Shown: positions 25,457 through 36,242 of the stretch, piece after piece
Layout: each line of letters begins with the position of its first letter
Position numbering within the stretch: the first letter of the stretch is position 1
Assembly (NCBI RefSeq): GCF_001194135.2
Contig: NC_068981.1
Span: 79,785,941 to 79,849,940, forward strand
DNA length: 64,000 nucleotides
From: Octopus bimaculoides
Taxonomy: Eukaryota
Direction of reading: 5' to 3'
The notes under the pieces: model-generated
Seen by the model: only the letters and a program-made list of their open reading frames with translations
The model's database searches: none
Told to the model about the DNA's origin: nothing
Program-made: the position numbers and the translations under genes

Positions 25457-26287
25457 CAGGGCGCGGTGAATAAACTGTCGTCTAAATTATGCAAAAATGG
25501 AAATAACACTGACATCTCATTTTAACAGATACATTTACCAAAATTACATAAAAATATCTTGAAGTATGAAAGAGTAAATTTATTCAATAAAGTCACCAAT
25601 GGCTTCAACCATAGCTTCCAGATGACTTGAGAATCTCCTGCAACTCTTCGAGATGGTCTCCTTGTTTAAGTTGGTGAATGCTGCCATAATCCTTGTCTTC
25701 AGTTTATCTTTAGTGTCACAAGGAGTTTTGTTGGTCTCTCGCTCAACTGCACCCCACACATAATAATCAAGGGGTTTGCAGATGTGGCCAGATGTTAGGG
25801 TAATGTGGTCAAAGAAATTGTCTGACAGCCATAACTGGGTCCTCCTGCTGCTAGATATAGGGTCTTTCAGCAGTCATTGTCTTGATCCAAGGCAGCACTA
25901 CCTCCTTCAGGCACTTGATGTAGGCCTCTGAGTTGAGTCTGAGGCCATGCAGGAAGATGAATGTAGGCATAACGTCGCTACCACTGGTGATCACTCCAAA
26001 CACCATGATGTTGACTGGATGTTTGATTTTTATCACTCTCAGTACATGTCCTCAGATTGCTACCCAAACACTCTGAAATATTTACATTGTAGCTTCTGGT
26101 GCGAATGCCAAGCAGTACAGCATGTCGTTTCCAAATTTCTGGCAGAGTGAATTGCATCATGGAGCTGTTTTTCTCACAGACAGTGCTGAACTGACTCGAC
26201 TATACTGTGTAGTTGACAAAATAAAACAAAACGATGCACATACACGAAATCAAAAATATAAAATGGCATCAATTTACCTGCACACTG
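25457..26287 (-). mobile_element. Internally deleted Tc1/mariner-superfamily transposon (maT/DD37D-like)
   Basis: Imperfect TIRs cagggcgcggtgaataaa / tttacctgcacactg next to TA; frames KHPVNIMVFGVITS, VVLPWIK and NPLDYYVWGAVER. Confidence 0.8.
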
Positions 26288-26478
26288 TTATATATATATG
26301 TATGTACACAAGTGAGTAGACAAATGAAAGAAGGGCACTCAACACATTTATTAGGAGTTACATGTATAGATCAAAACAGTTCGATTCAGAATCCTTGGTA
26401 CTTTGAGTTTCGAGCACATGACTAGTCTTCAGCCTAGCCACTTGAAACTCTGCACCAAGGATTCTGAATGAAATTGTT

Positions 26479-26481
<3 letters not shown>

Positions 26482-26529
<48 letters not shown>

Positions 26530-26539
26530 ACATACATAC

Positions 26540-26576
<37 letters not shown>
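26482..26576. repeat. Compound microsatellite (TA)n(TACA)n(GA)n
   Basis: Direct reading. Confidence 0.95.
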
Positions 26577-26578
<2 letters not shown>

Positions 26579-26774
26579 AGCTGAGTACTTAGTATTGAGC
26601 ATACAGCATGCTGAAGCAATTCTTAGTTGTTGTTTGTTAATAGTATATTGTGTGCATACCTATCTATATAAGTATACGCATAGACAAATACATGCATAGG
26701 TACACAATCCAATATAAACCTAAGGATGGTTTCAAGTGTACCATATGTATAAAAGAAGGAAACAGGTGAGGTTA

Positions 26775-26998
26775 AAAATTCACAACAGCTGTTTCGGTAG
26801 CATTTTATTTATGCATTCTCAGATTACATCATGACAAAAACAAGACTTTTTTTCACCATTGTAGTTGGTAAACTTGTCAGCTATTTGTATCTTAACTGTT
26901 TATATGTTTAAAATTCACCTAACAATGACAGGTCTTTGCCATGATTTAATCTAAGAATGCATCAATAAGATACTACTGAAACAGCTGTTGTGAATTTT
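26775..26998. mobile_element. Fold-back element, about 65-bp inverted arms carrying GAAACAGCTGT (Penelope pLTR-like)
   Basis: Left arm aaaattcacaacagctgtttcggtagc... is the reverse complement of right arm ...tactactgaaacagctgttgtgaatttt with scattered mismatches. Confidence 0.7.
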
Positions 26999-27014
26999 GA
27001 ATCCCACTTGTGTT

Positions 27015-27045
<31 letters not shown>

Positions 27046-27290
27046 CGTGCGTGTGCGTGTGTGTCATCTTGTCTTGACATTGCATGATAGCTCAAATGAT
27101 ATTCACTATACTGCAAAAATATGTCTGGACATAAGGAAATGTTACCTTGTTTGGAAACAAGTAACAGTTGGTGACAGGAAGAGCATCCAGATGTAGAAAT
27201 TCTACCTCATCATATTGTACAACCCATGATGATTTTCCTTAAGTTTTGTTTATTTTATTATTAACATTTTTTTTTTATTAACATACACAT

Positions 27291-27462
27291 TCATCATCAT
27301 CATCATCATCATCGTTTAACGTCCGCTTTCCATGCTAGCATGGGTTGGACGATTTGACTGAGGACTGGTGAAACCGGATGGCAACACCAGGCTCCAGTCT
27401 GATTTGGCAGAGTTTCTACAGCTGGATGCCCTTCCTAACGCCAACCACTCAGAGAGTGTAGT
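27291..27462 (-). mobile_element. Young RTE 3' tail
   Basis: 150 bp identical (checked base by base) to the reverse complement of 15763-15912, plus (cat)n tail. Confidence 0.92.
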
Positions 27463-27907
27463 ATATTGCAATATATAAATTCGGGAGTAAAAAAAAAAAA
27501 CTTTTATTTTCTTCAAATACGTCTGCCAATAAAATCAAATTGTCCCAATTAATGCAACCACAAAGCATTTTTTAAAATCAAACTTTGACTGTTTATTTGA
27601 CAAAATGTCATGTAACTGGATATTTGAGTGAGATTTCTTTCACAAATAAACATATTTATTAAACAAATATTATTTTAAGATCTTTCAGACACCAGTTTAT
27701 CTTATAATCCTCTGCAGTGCTTTTACTACTCATACAGAGTACAGATAAGGACTGTAGAGTTAATTCAAAGCAAGTCCAAAGAGTTACTAAAGCAAATACA
27801 TGCTCACTGAATTACTGTCATGTTATCAATAACATAATGTAAAGTAATTATCTATGTATTATACTCAGTCTTTTAGCATTCAGTTTACTGGCAAATGTAA
27901 TGCTTAT

Positions 27908-28274
27908 TAATTACCTCCACCTTAGTGAAGTGGAGATATTGTTTTCAGTTATGTTTGTTTTTGTCCATGGACAAGATATCTCAAGAATCACTGATTGGAT
28001 TCAGATGAAACTTTCAGGGATGCTTGGCCTCATGATTGGCACAAACTGATTAGATTTTGGGATTGATTCGGTACCAGACAAGGATTTGGCATTATTTTTC
28101 CTGTTTTTTTAACTTAATTTTTGAGAGTGGTTGGGTTTGTTTTTAGTATTCTCGTTTGTGAGAGCAGTTGAGTTTATTTCAGATATTCTCAGTTCAAAAA
28201 TCATCTCTGGCTAATCGTTGAGAGGATGTTAGTATTGCCTTGGCAGAGGTTTGCACTCTCTGAGTGCTCTTGTT
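27908..28274 (+). mobile_element. HINE/DINE-like (Helentron- or CryptonV-type) non-autonomous element
   Basis: Starts ttacctccacc with a hairpin; subterminal inverted ggcagaggt; 3' hairpin gcactc-tct-gagtgc; ends tcttgt. This is the architecture of HINE-type elements. Confidence 0.65.
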
Positions 28275-28292
28275 CATATTGTTTTGAGTTAA

Positions 28293-28628
28293 GGTAAAGG
28301 GTAAAGACCCCCTTTGGTCAAGAATAACCATGGGATTGCATATAGAAAGGCACAAGTCTAGGCAAGATTGTTTGTGGAAAATCAGCAATTGTCCATGCAT
28401 ACCACCAGCCTCCCCTCTCCACACCACTGATGTTATCCAAGAGAAAGGCAAAGGCTAATACAGCCTAGCACTAGTGACATCGCAACTCATTTCTACAGCT
28501 GAAGGAACTGGAGCAACAAGAAATAAAATGTCTTACTCAAGAACACAACATACAGTCTTGTCCAGGAATCGAACTTACTACCACATTATTGTGAGCCCCA
28601 CGCTCTAACCACTGAGCCATGCATCTTC
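28293..28628 (-). mobile_element. SINE family C with a perfect 15-bp TSD
   Basis: TSD attgttttgagttaa at 28278-28292 and 28629-28643. Confidence 0.9.
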
Positions 28629-28894
28629 ATTGTTTTGAGTTAATCATGCTATATCTCATAGCTTTGAGATTTCAATGATGTGATAATTTAATTTTAGAAT
28701 GACATTGTAGGGGAGGTGCAAAAGGCCAGACTTGGCCAGTCTGAATGTAAAGCTGGTTGAATATTTGGACTGGATACACAATGATAAATCAGTTACTTCA
28801 GTATTTGTCCTGAGATAACATCTCTTATCAACGTACTGTGTTAAAAATAGTAAATATCAGAGGGAGAGGAAAATTTGTTCCAGTGAGATTCAGT

Positions 28895-29126
28895 GGTAAC
28901 ATATTTGCAGCCAACCACATGCTCAGACAAGAATTCATTGCCTCTGATATGAAAAATAAGTGAATAAAATATAACTGATGCTGCAAATAGCCACCTAGCT
29001 GAATAAAAATTCAACATAGATGGTTATTTTAATTTAATAGTGCCTCAGTTCCACACACTGGATTTTTATTCAGCCAGTTGACAATTTCTCATCTAAGCAT
29101 GAGGTTGGCTGTGAGTAAGTGTTACC
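28895..29126. repeat. Degenerate inverted-repeat (MITE-like) element
   Basis: ggtaacatatttgcagccaaccacatgctcaga pairs with tctaagcatgaggttggctgtgagtaagtgttacc; inner arms gctgaataaaaat / atttttattcagc. Confidence 0.5.
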
Positions 29127-29405
29127 GAAAAGGCTCAAGAAGACCAAAATGCATCTGGCTTTCTCACTGGCCACTGTTGGAATGAATTTTTGTCTCACTC
29201 TGGTATTATGTTTCTTACACAGCACATCCATAAGAGATGTTGTCTTGGGACAAACACCACAGTAACTGGCTAGTTGACTGTGAATACATTAAGTATGATA
29301 CACAGATGGCTATTTTAATTTAACACTGCCTCAATTGCATATACCAGATGATGAAAAGTACTGATAACTGAAAAAGAGAAGATAAAAAAAAAAGTGAAAC
29401 AGTAC

Positions 29406-29533
29406 CTGTTCTGTGACAATGATTACTGCAGAAGCTGGTGGCAGATTATTTTCATACAAATAATTCACTGGTAGAACAAAGAATAACAACTGATAAGCTA
29501 CAAAGAGTCCCAGCCAAATCCAATCCCAAACTT
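29406..29533 (-). CDS. SOAT1: SOAT exon F (128 nt): VWDWIWLGLFVAYQLLFFVLPVNYLYENNLPPASAVIIVTEQ
   Basis: ttttcag acceptor, CAG|gtactg donor; LPPAS...EQ motif. Confidence 0.96.
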
Positions 29534-29692
29534 CTGAAAAAAGGAAAATATAAAAGCATATTTTAAATGAGAGATATAGATACAAAATTTTTTTTTAATT
29601 ATATGCAAAATTTCTGTCTGTCTACATTTAAATAATGTTGTATAAAAGAGAAAATAAGAACGCGTCTAACAAGGCAGAAATTTTTATAAAAA

Positions 29693-29925
29693 CCTTTACA
29701 TTTCAGGTGCACAGGCCCATTCTCACAAGGAAACAGTCTGGAAATGTCCAGTTACACCGATTCTGCTACCTTATTCAAACTCTTCAGCATTAGGTTAGCA
29801 GCAGCCACTCACCAACTGTTGGTATAAGCAAACCTCCAACTTGGTGTAGACAACAATCTCCAACAGTTGGAGAGTCTTCCCAGACTGTTTCCTTCTGAGG
29901 ATGGGCCTTTGTACCCAAAATATTT
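29693..29925. mobile_element. Fold-back element with decayed hammerhead cores in both arms
   Basis: About 38-bp arms ggtgcacaggcccattctcacaaggaaacagtctgg / ccagactgtttccttctgaggatgggcctttgtacc. Confidence 0.65.
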
Positions 29926-30592
29926 TCTTTTATTTGTTTCAGTCATTTGACTGCGGCCATGCTGGAGTACTGCCTTTAATCGAACTAATCGACCCTAGGA
30001 CTTATTCTTTGTAAACCTAGTACTTATTCTATCAGTCTCTTTTGCAGAACTGCTAAGTTACAGGGATGTAAACACACTAACATCAGTTGTCAAGCGATGG
30101 TGGTGGGACAAACACAGACATACAAACATGTACATATATATCTGTAAATATAATGTGACAATTATTCAATAGCCATGATAAAACTCCGAGTTTCGGATGT
30201 TAGGGCGGAAACCCACGCCGGCATCTCTTCAGTTATTGAGAGATGCTGGCGTGGGTTTCCGTCCGGACATCCAAAACTCTGAATTTTATCATGGCTACTG
30301 AATAATTGTCACATATTATATTTGCAGATAAATTCCTTCCTCTATTTACATTATGTCGAGGTCTCTTTCATTCTTTTGTTGTCTTGCCATTTCTATCAAT
30401 ATATATATATACACACGATGAGCTTCTTTTAGTTCCCATCTACGAAATCCACTCACAAGGCTTTGGTCAGCCCGAAGCTATAGTAGAAGACACTTGCCCA
30501 AGGTGCCATGTAGTGGGACTGAACCCGGAATCATGTGGTTGGTAAGCAAGCTACTTACCACACAGCCACTTCTGCGCCTATATAAAGTTTTT
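29926..30592 (-). mobile_element. SINE family B interrupted by a palindromic element
   Basis: Family B sequence on both sides of 30139-30397. Confidence 0.85.
30139..30330. mobile_element. 192-bp near-perfect fold-back (inverted Penelope pLTR-like) containing a hammerhead-like core
   Basis: About 90-bp arms around a 10-nt spacer; minus strand reads CTGAAGA-G..C-GAAA-CTCGGAG-TT. Confidence 0.75.
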
Positions 30593-30879
30593 TTGTAAAA
30601 CTTTCTGCATTGATAGAAGCTTTCTTATTTTCCCTTTTCTTTTCTTTCTTTGGTACTACAATGCTTCAAGTGAAGAACAAAGCTCTAATGTTGTGTAACA
30701 CATGAGATCAGTAGGGACCTATCAGATACTGCACCTTCAACAAAAGATTCAGGTGAGGATGCACTGAAATATTTTCCCATTGCCATCTTCAGGGTCATAT
30801 GAGGATTTGAAATTAGTACTGATATGAACATTAAGGTTTTAGTTACTGGCATCATTGCTGTTATTATTACGAATATAGT

Positions 30880-31075
30880 TCAGGTGGTGAGCTGCCAGAA
30901 TCACTACTGTGTCAGATAAAATTTCTTCCAGTTCTTTACATTACAAGTTCAAATGCCACCCAGGTAAACTTTGCCTTTCAACCTTTTGAGTTCAATATAA
31001 TAAGTACTGGTTAAGTACGGAGATCAATGTAATCGAGTTACCCTTCTCTTCAAAATTACTCGCCTTGTGCTAAAA
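30880..31075 (+). mobile_element. SINE family A, degenerate
   Basis: ggtggtgagctgccagaatc...aagttcaaatgcc. Confidence 0.75.
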
Positions 31076-32077
31076 TTAGATATATTACTAATAATATTTA
31101 TTGCCTACAAACTTTTACTTTTTATGCTTATAATACCGATCTACCACTCTTCATTTCATATCACTGTCTCAGATTTACTGGTAATGCAGTATCTACTTTC
31201 TGTTAAAACCCCATTTCAGAAATATGCTTTATCAGTAGTATGTTTCTATCATTATTTCTCTCTTCTTCCTCAAATAGTTTCTACATAGAATCGCAACTAC
31301 ATTTTTAAGTGGGATGTTTGAATGTAGTCGAATATGACAACTCATGACCACACCATAATTTCTTATATCTCTCTCATTAGAAATTGGAATGAGGTAGCTC
31401 AGATAAGATAATGTTATGCAAATTACTACTGGTATTGTTGTTGTTATTACTATTGTAATTTATCATATTCATCAACACCATAATTATTAGTATTTGTTTA
31501 TTGCTTAAAAACTTTGACCTTTGACATACATACCCCACTCTCTCTCCCTTTAAGATCAAGTGATGATAGGGTATTTGCTGTCTCTTAAACTCTGTTTAGC
31601 AAACATAACCAGTCACTAGTATGTTTCTATCATTATTTCTCTCTCTCTCCACATCTCTTTATCTCATCTACTCCAACTCCCTGCTTCTGAACAATGCAAT
31701 ATTAAGCTATTGTTGTTATTACTATTATCAATTTATTGCACTCATTAGTATTGTATTTATTTGCATCTATTCATTGGTCTACAAAGTTTAACTTTCAATT
31801 AAATCCTATTTGGCAAATACATCTTACCGGTAGTATGGAGGACCATTACTCCTGCCCCATTCTCTATCATAACAATTATGACCAGCCACCATTACTTTAA
31901 TCTGCCGTAAGCTCATCCTCCTACAAGACATTCATACATTCCAAACAAATCCATCCACCAGTATACTGTGATCTCCCCACCTTACTTTCACAAAGCTGTT
32001 AACTTAGTGCAATTTTGCCGTCCATTTAAGAGGTCTCCAAACCCCATTTATACTTGGTTTTCCAGCTGGTATGAGAT

Positions 32078-32139
32078 CACAGAGGTATACATCCATACTA
32101 TCATGCTGTAGCATGATAGTATGGATGTATACCTCTGTG
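32078..32139. repeat. Perfect palindrome, 30-bp arms with a 2-nt centre
   Basis: cacagaggtatacatccatactatcatgct-gt-agcatgatagtatggatgtatacctctgtg. Confidence 0.95.
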
Positions 32140-32382
32140 TATACCTCTGAAGAGATAACTCTCTTATAAGAACTTAAAGGCTCAATATTATTGACAGAAT
32201 ATAATTTCATTATTAACACAACATATTATAATACTACAATTCTATGTAAACTTTTCCTTGAACAGCATGTATGTAACTTCAGCTTTTATACTGAAATTCT
32301 TAAAACCACTGTGAGATGATTATTTATAAAATGTTTATATTTACAATAGTTTTACTATAAATAGATTCAAAAGTTAACTTAC

Positions 32383-32531
32383 TATAAGGTCTGATTTTTT
32401 TTGAAGAAGCCCAATAATAGAAAGCTGGATAGAATATCAACAAGGTTGCCAGCTGCATACACACCCAAAGAGCCATTACCTTGGGAAATTTACCAAATGC
32501 CCATTGTATCAAATTGAAGTCAAGATGAAGT
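32383..32531 (-). CDS. SOAT1: SOAT exon E (149 nt): LHLDFNLIQWAFGKFPKVMALWVCMQLATLLIFYPAFYYWASSKKIRPY-K
   Basis: ttacag acceptor, A|gtaagt donor; matches LVLEFSLLSYAFGKFP. Confidence 0.95.
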
Positions 32532-33052
32532 CTGTAAGACAGTAATAACTTGGTTACTGAAAAAGAAATCTGAATCATCTACACAACAGAGGCATTTATA
32601 CTTTTGTTCATTATGTCACTACACTTTAAGACCAGATATTAATGCTCAACAACAGATTTCACTACAGATAAGTTGAAACTTAATGAAGTTTAAATGTAGC
32701 AAAATTAGAGCAAGATAGACCAGTCTGGATAAGATGTAGTTTGAATCTGTATGAAGACAAAATCACAGCTGATACAATTCTTATAAAATAACTGCAAACA
32801 AACAAAAGTGTTTAGCTAAGAACAAACCATTCTGAATTTAGTGACCTAGACAAGATTTTTAACAGGGTTCTAATCTTTATAGTGTGGTAAACAATGAAAA
32901 AGATTAGGCTTTAATGAAAAACATGTAAGAGTAGTTCAATTTATGTACAAGGTGTTGTAAGCAAGGTCAAAATGTATAGTAAATAGAGTAAGCAATTAGT
33001 ACAGAGATACAAGTTCACTAAGGTTCTGTCTTCAGCTCGCTATAGTTTTAGT

Positions 33053-34575
33053 TCATCATCATTTAATGTCCATTGCCCATGCTGGCATGGGTTGGATGGT
33101 TTGACTTGGCTGGCACACTGGAAGGCTGCACCAGACTTCAGTCTGATTTGGCATGGTTTTCTATGGCTGGATGCCCTTTTTAATGCCAACCACTCCAAAA
33201 ATGTAATGGGTGCTTTTATGTACCACTGGCAAGGGCGCCATTTGCATGACACCAGGGTGCTTTATGAGCCACCAGCATAGGTACCAATTTGTGTGATACT
33301 GGTATCTGCCATGACTGCAATTTTGTTTGGCTTGATGGGTCTTCTTCTCAAGCATGACATAATGCCAAAGGTCTCAGTCATTGCCTCTGTGAGGCCCAAC
33401 ACTTGAAAGGAACTCAGCCACTTTGTCTCCGTGAGGCCCAATGCTTGAAAAGAACTCAGCCACTTTGCCTCCATGAGGTTCAACACTCAAAAGGTGTTCT
33501 TTACGTGCCACCAGCACAGGTGTACTTGGCTTGATGGGTTCTCTCAAGCACAGCACATTGCCAAAGGACTCGGTCACTAGTCATTATCTCTGTGAGGCTC
33601 AAAGTTTGAAGATCATGCTTCACCACCTTGTCCCATGTCTTCCTGGGTCTATCTCTGCCACAGCTTCACTCCACAGTTAGAGATCGGTACTTCTTTACAC
33701 AGCTGTCCTTGTCCATACACATCACATGACCATACCAGTGCAGTCGTCCCTCTTGCACACCACATCTGATGCCTCTTATGCCTAACTTCTCTCTCAAGAT
33801 GCTTACACTCTGTCGAACATGCACACTGACATTGCACATCCAGCAAAGCATACTGGCTTTGTATCTTTCAAGCCTACGCATGTCCTCAGCTGTCACAGCC
33901 CATGTTTCACTGCCATGCAGCATAGCTGTTTGTACACAATCTTCTTTTCACTCTGAGAGAGAGGACCTTTGTTGCTAGCAGGGGTAGGAGCTCTCTGAAC
34001 TTTGCCCAGTCTAATCTTATTCTCACAGCTATGCTCTCAGAGCATCCACCTCCACTACTAAATTGGTCAACTAGGTAACAGAAGCTATCTACTACCTATA
34101 GCTTACTCTCATGACAGTTGATGGAGTTTATTTTTTGTATACTTTCGGTGTTTATTGTACCTGTGCATCTTCCACATACAAAAGCTAGTTTCTCTGTTAA
34201 TCTGTCTCTGATATTGTTGCACCTTTTATGTGTCCAAAGCTTACACTGGGTGCATGTTATGGAGTTTCGACCTACACCTTTTCTACAGATCAAGCAAGGC
34301 CATCTACCTGAAGGGATCTGTGATTTGTCTGCCTTCATACTTACTAAGACTTTGGTTTTTGCTAGGTTAACTCTAAGGCCCTTTCATTCTAGATTTTGCT
34401 TCCATACCTGGAACATTTTCTCTAGTTTAGGTAGTGATTCAGCTATAAAAGCAAGGTCATCAGCATAGAGGAGCTCCCATGGGCAGCCTGTCTTGAATTC
34501 CTCTATTATTACCTGGAGGACTATGATGAACAAGAGGGGGCTAAGCACCGATCCTTAATGAACCCCTACTTGAAG
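33053..34575 (-). mobile_element. Older 5'-truncated RTE LINE (RT with YADD, PHD-like insert, C-terminus, 3' UTR)
   Basis: GSVLSPLLF, CPWELLYADDL, GLRVNLAKTK, WAKFRELLPLL, LHGSETW and RLHWYGHV; stops and frameshifts; (cat)n tail at 33053. Confidence 0.93.
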
Positions 34576-35364
34576 TAATAACACAAAAGTTCAAAATAAA
34601 TGCCCTTAGAAACCTATTTGTAGATGAGATGACTTGATTCTCAATGCAGAATATGCTAAAAACTGAGAAATATTTAAGAACTTGAAGAATAGTCAAAGCC
34701 AAACAACCTAAATAACATTACAAAGACTAATTAGAAAAGAAATAAAATTCCAGTGTTTCCTGTGAAGTGGTCTTGCTTGATAAAGGATTTCTAAAACTGG
34801 CACAAAGACAGTTTTAGAAATCCCAAGAATGGTATAATCAAAGAGGATGGTACTGTGTACTCAGCATAAGTAATGGGTACACAAAACATGCAAATCTCTA
34901 GTAGATAGGTAGAAATGTCACTCATGAACTGATCAGATGGTCTGCTTAATGTTTCAGACAACTTGTTATCTAGGTGACCTGATTAGTGATGGAGGTATCT
35001 TTAATTAAAATATTGTAATTACAATATGAAATAGTTAGAAAAAGTTCAGGCAGCTGTTACCTCTGTTGGCAACAAGAGATTTCTTGAGCCAGCAACAAAG
35101 CCTCTACCTGGTTGCTCAAACTGCTAACCACATCAGCCAAAACTACCTCTATTAAATTCAACTGTCTTTTTTTTTTTTTAAATCAAAGTACATATCAGAT
35201 AATGTAGTCCTAAAAACAAATAATAAAATTGGGGGGGGGGGTAGGCATAGATGGAATGCTTTTAATCATACGTCTGCTCAATGAGGGCTGACCTAGGGCT
35301 AAATAAGAACAGATTCCCTTTGTGTGGAAGTCAGAATGTACAAGGAATGTGTTAGAAGCATAAT

Positions 35365-35648
35365 GCATTTCGAGCGAGATCGTTGCCAGTGCCGCTGGAC
35401 TGGCTCCTGAGCAGGTGGCACGTAAAATACACCATTTCGAGCGTGGCCGTTGCCAGTACCGCCTGACTGGCCCTCATGCCGGTGGCACGTAAAAGCACCC
35501 GCTACACTCTCGGAGTAGTTGGCGTTAGGAAGGGCATCCAGCTGTAGAAACTCTGACAAATCAGATTGGAGCCTGGTGTAGCCACCTGGTCCACCAGTCC
35601 TCAGTCAAATCGTCCAACCCATGCTAGCATGGAAAGCGAACATTAAAC

Positions 35649-35680
<32 letters not shown>
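35365..35680 (+). mobile_element. RTE 3' UTR/tail with internal duplicated units and (GAT)n
   Basis: Roughly 90% match to the 15700-15935 tail. Confidence 0.88.
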
Positions 35681-36050
35681 CTAACTGTAGAGAGCTGCAA
35701 TGGCTGGAGCAGAATGCCAGAGTGTGATCTATTGTTTATGTTAACATAAACTTACATGAAAAGCAGAATGCTAGTGAGCAGGTAAAGTAAATGGGTCTAA
35801 AAGATATGTTAATTAATGTATGCAAAACGTATAGTTGTATTAGTATGGACATGTGATGAAAACCATTGGGTGAAAAACTGCTAAATGATGACAGTAAGAA
35901 ATATACATAAAAAAGGGTCAGTGGTGAAGACAGAAATCAGAATATAGGATCTCACAAATAAGGTAACTAAGGATGGATATGGGTGACAATATGATATACT
36001 AGATAGAGTACAGGTAAAATGGACATAAAAATGATGATCCCTTTACTTAC

Positions 36051-36158
36051 CTGCCTGTGTCAATGAGATCATATACAATAGTATTTAGACTAAATACCAG
36101 CAGAATGGCCACAAAGATATTATAAATTGTTTGGATATGAGTTATTTCCAACAACTCT
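36051..36158 (-). CDS. SOAT1: SOAT exon D (108 nt): ELLEITHIQTIYNIFVAILLVFSLNTIVYDLIDTG-R
   Basis: ttccag acceptor, AG|gtaagt donor; matches [22 protein letters not shown]. Confidence 0.96.
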
Positions 36159-36242
36159 CTGGAATATAAAAAAGAAATAAATCATGAAAAAAATTGCAAA
36201 AAAAATATTAAAAACAAAACAAAACAAAAAAAGTATTTTGTC

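Noticed and set aside
26920-26975. Apparent AG...GT exon on the minus strand within intron F-G
   Set aside because: It begins with an in-frame TAG and lies in a fold-back arm; the real exon G is at 23066-23141.
30745-30800. Additional CTGAAGA/GAAA-like motifs (also at about 32147, 49561 and 12069)
   Set aside because: They have no convincing stem II or stem III pairing, and the 7-mer occurs by chance.
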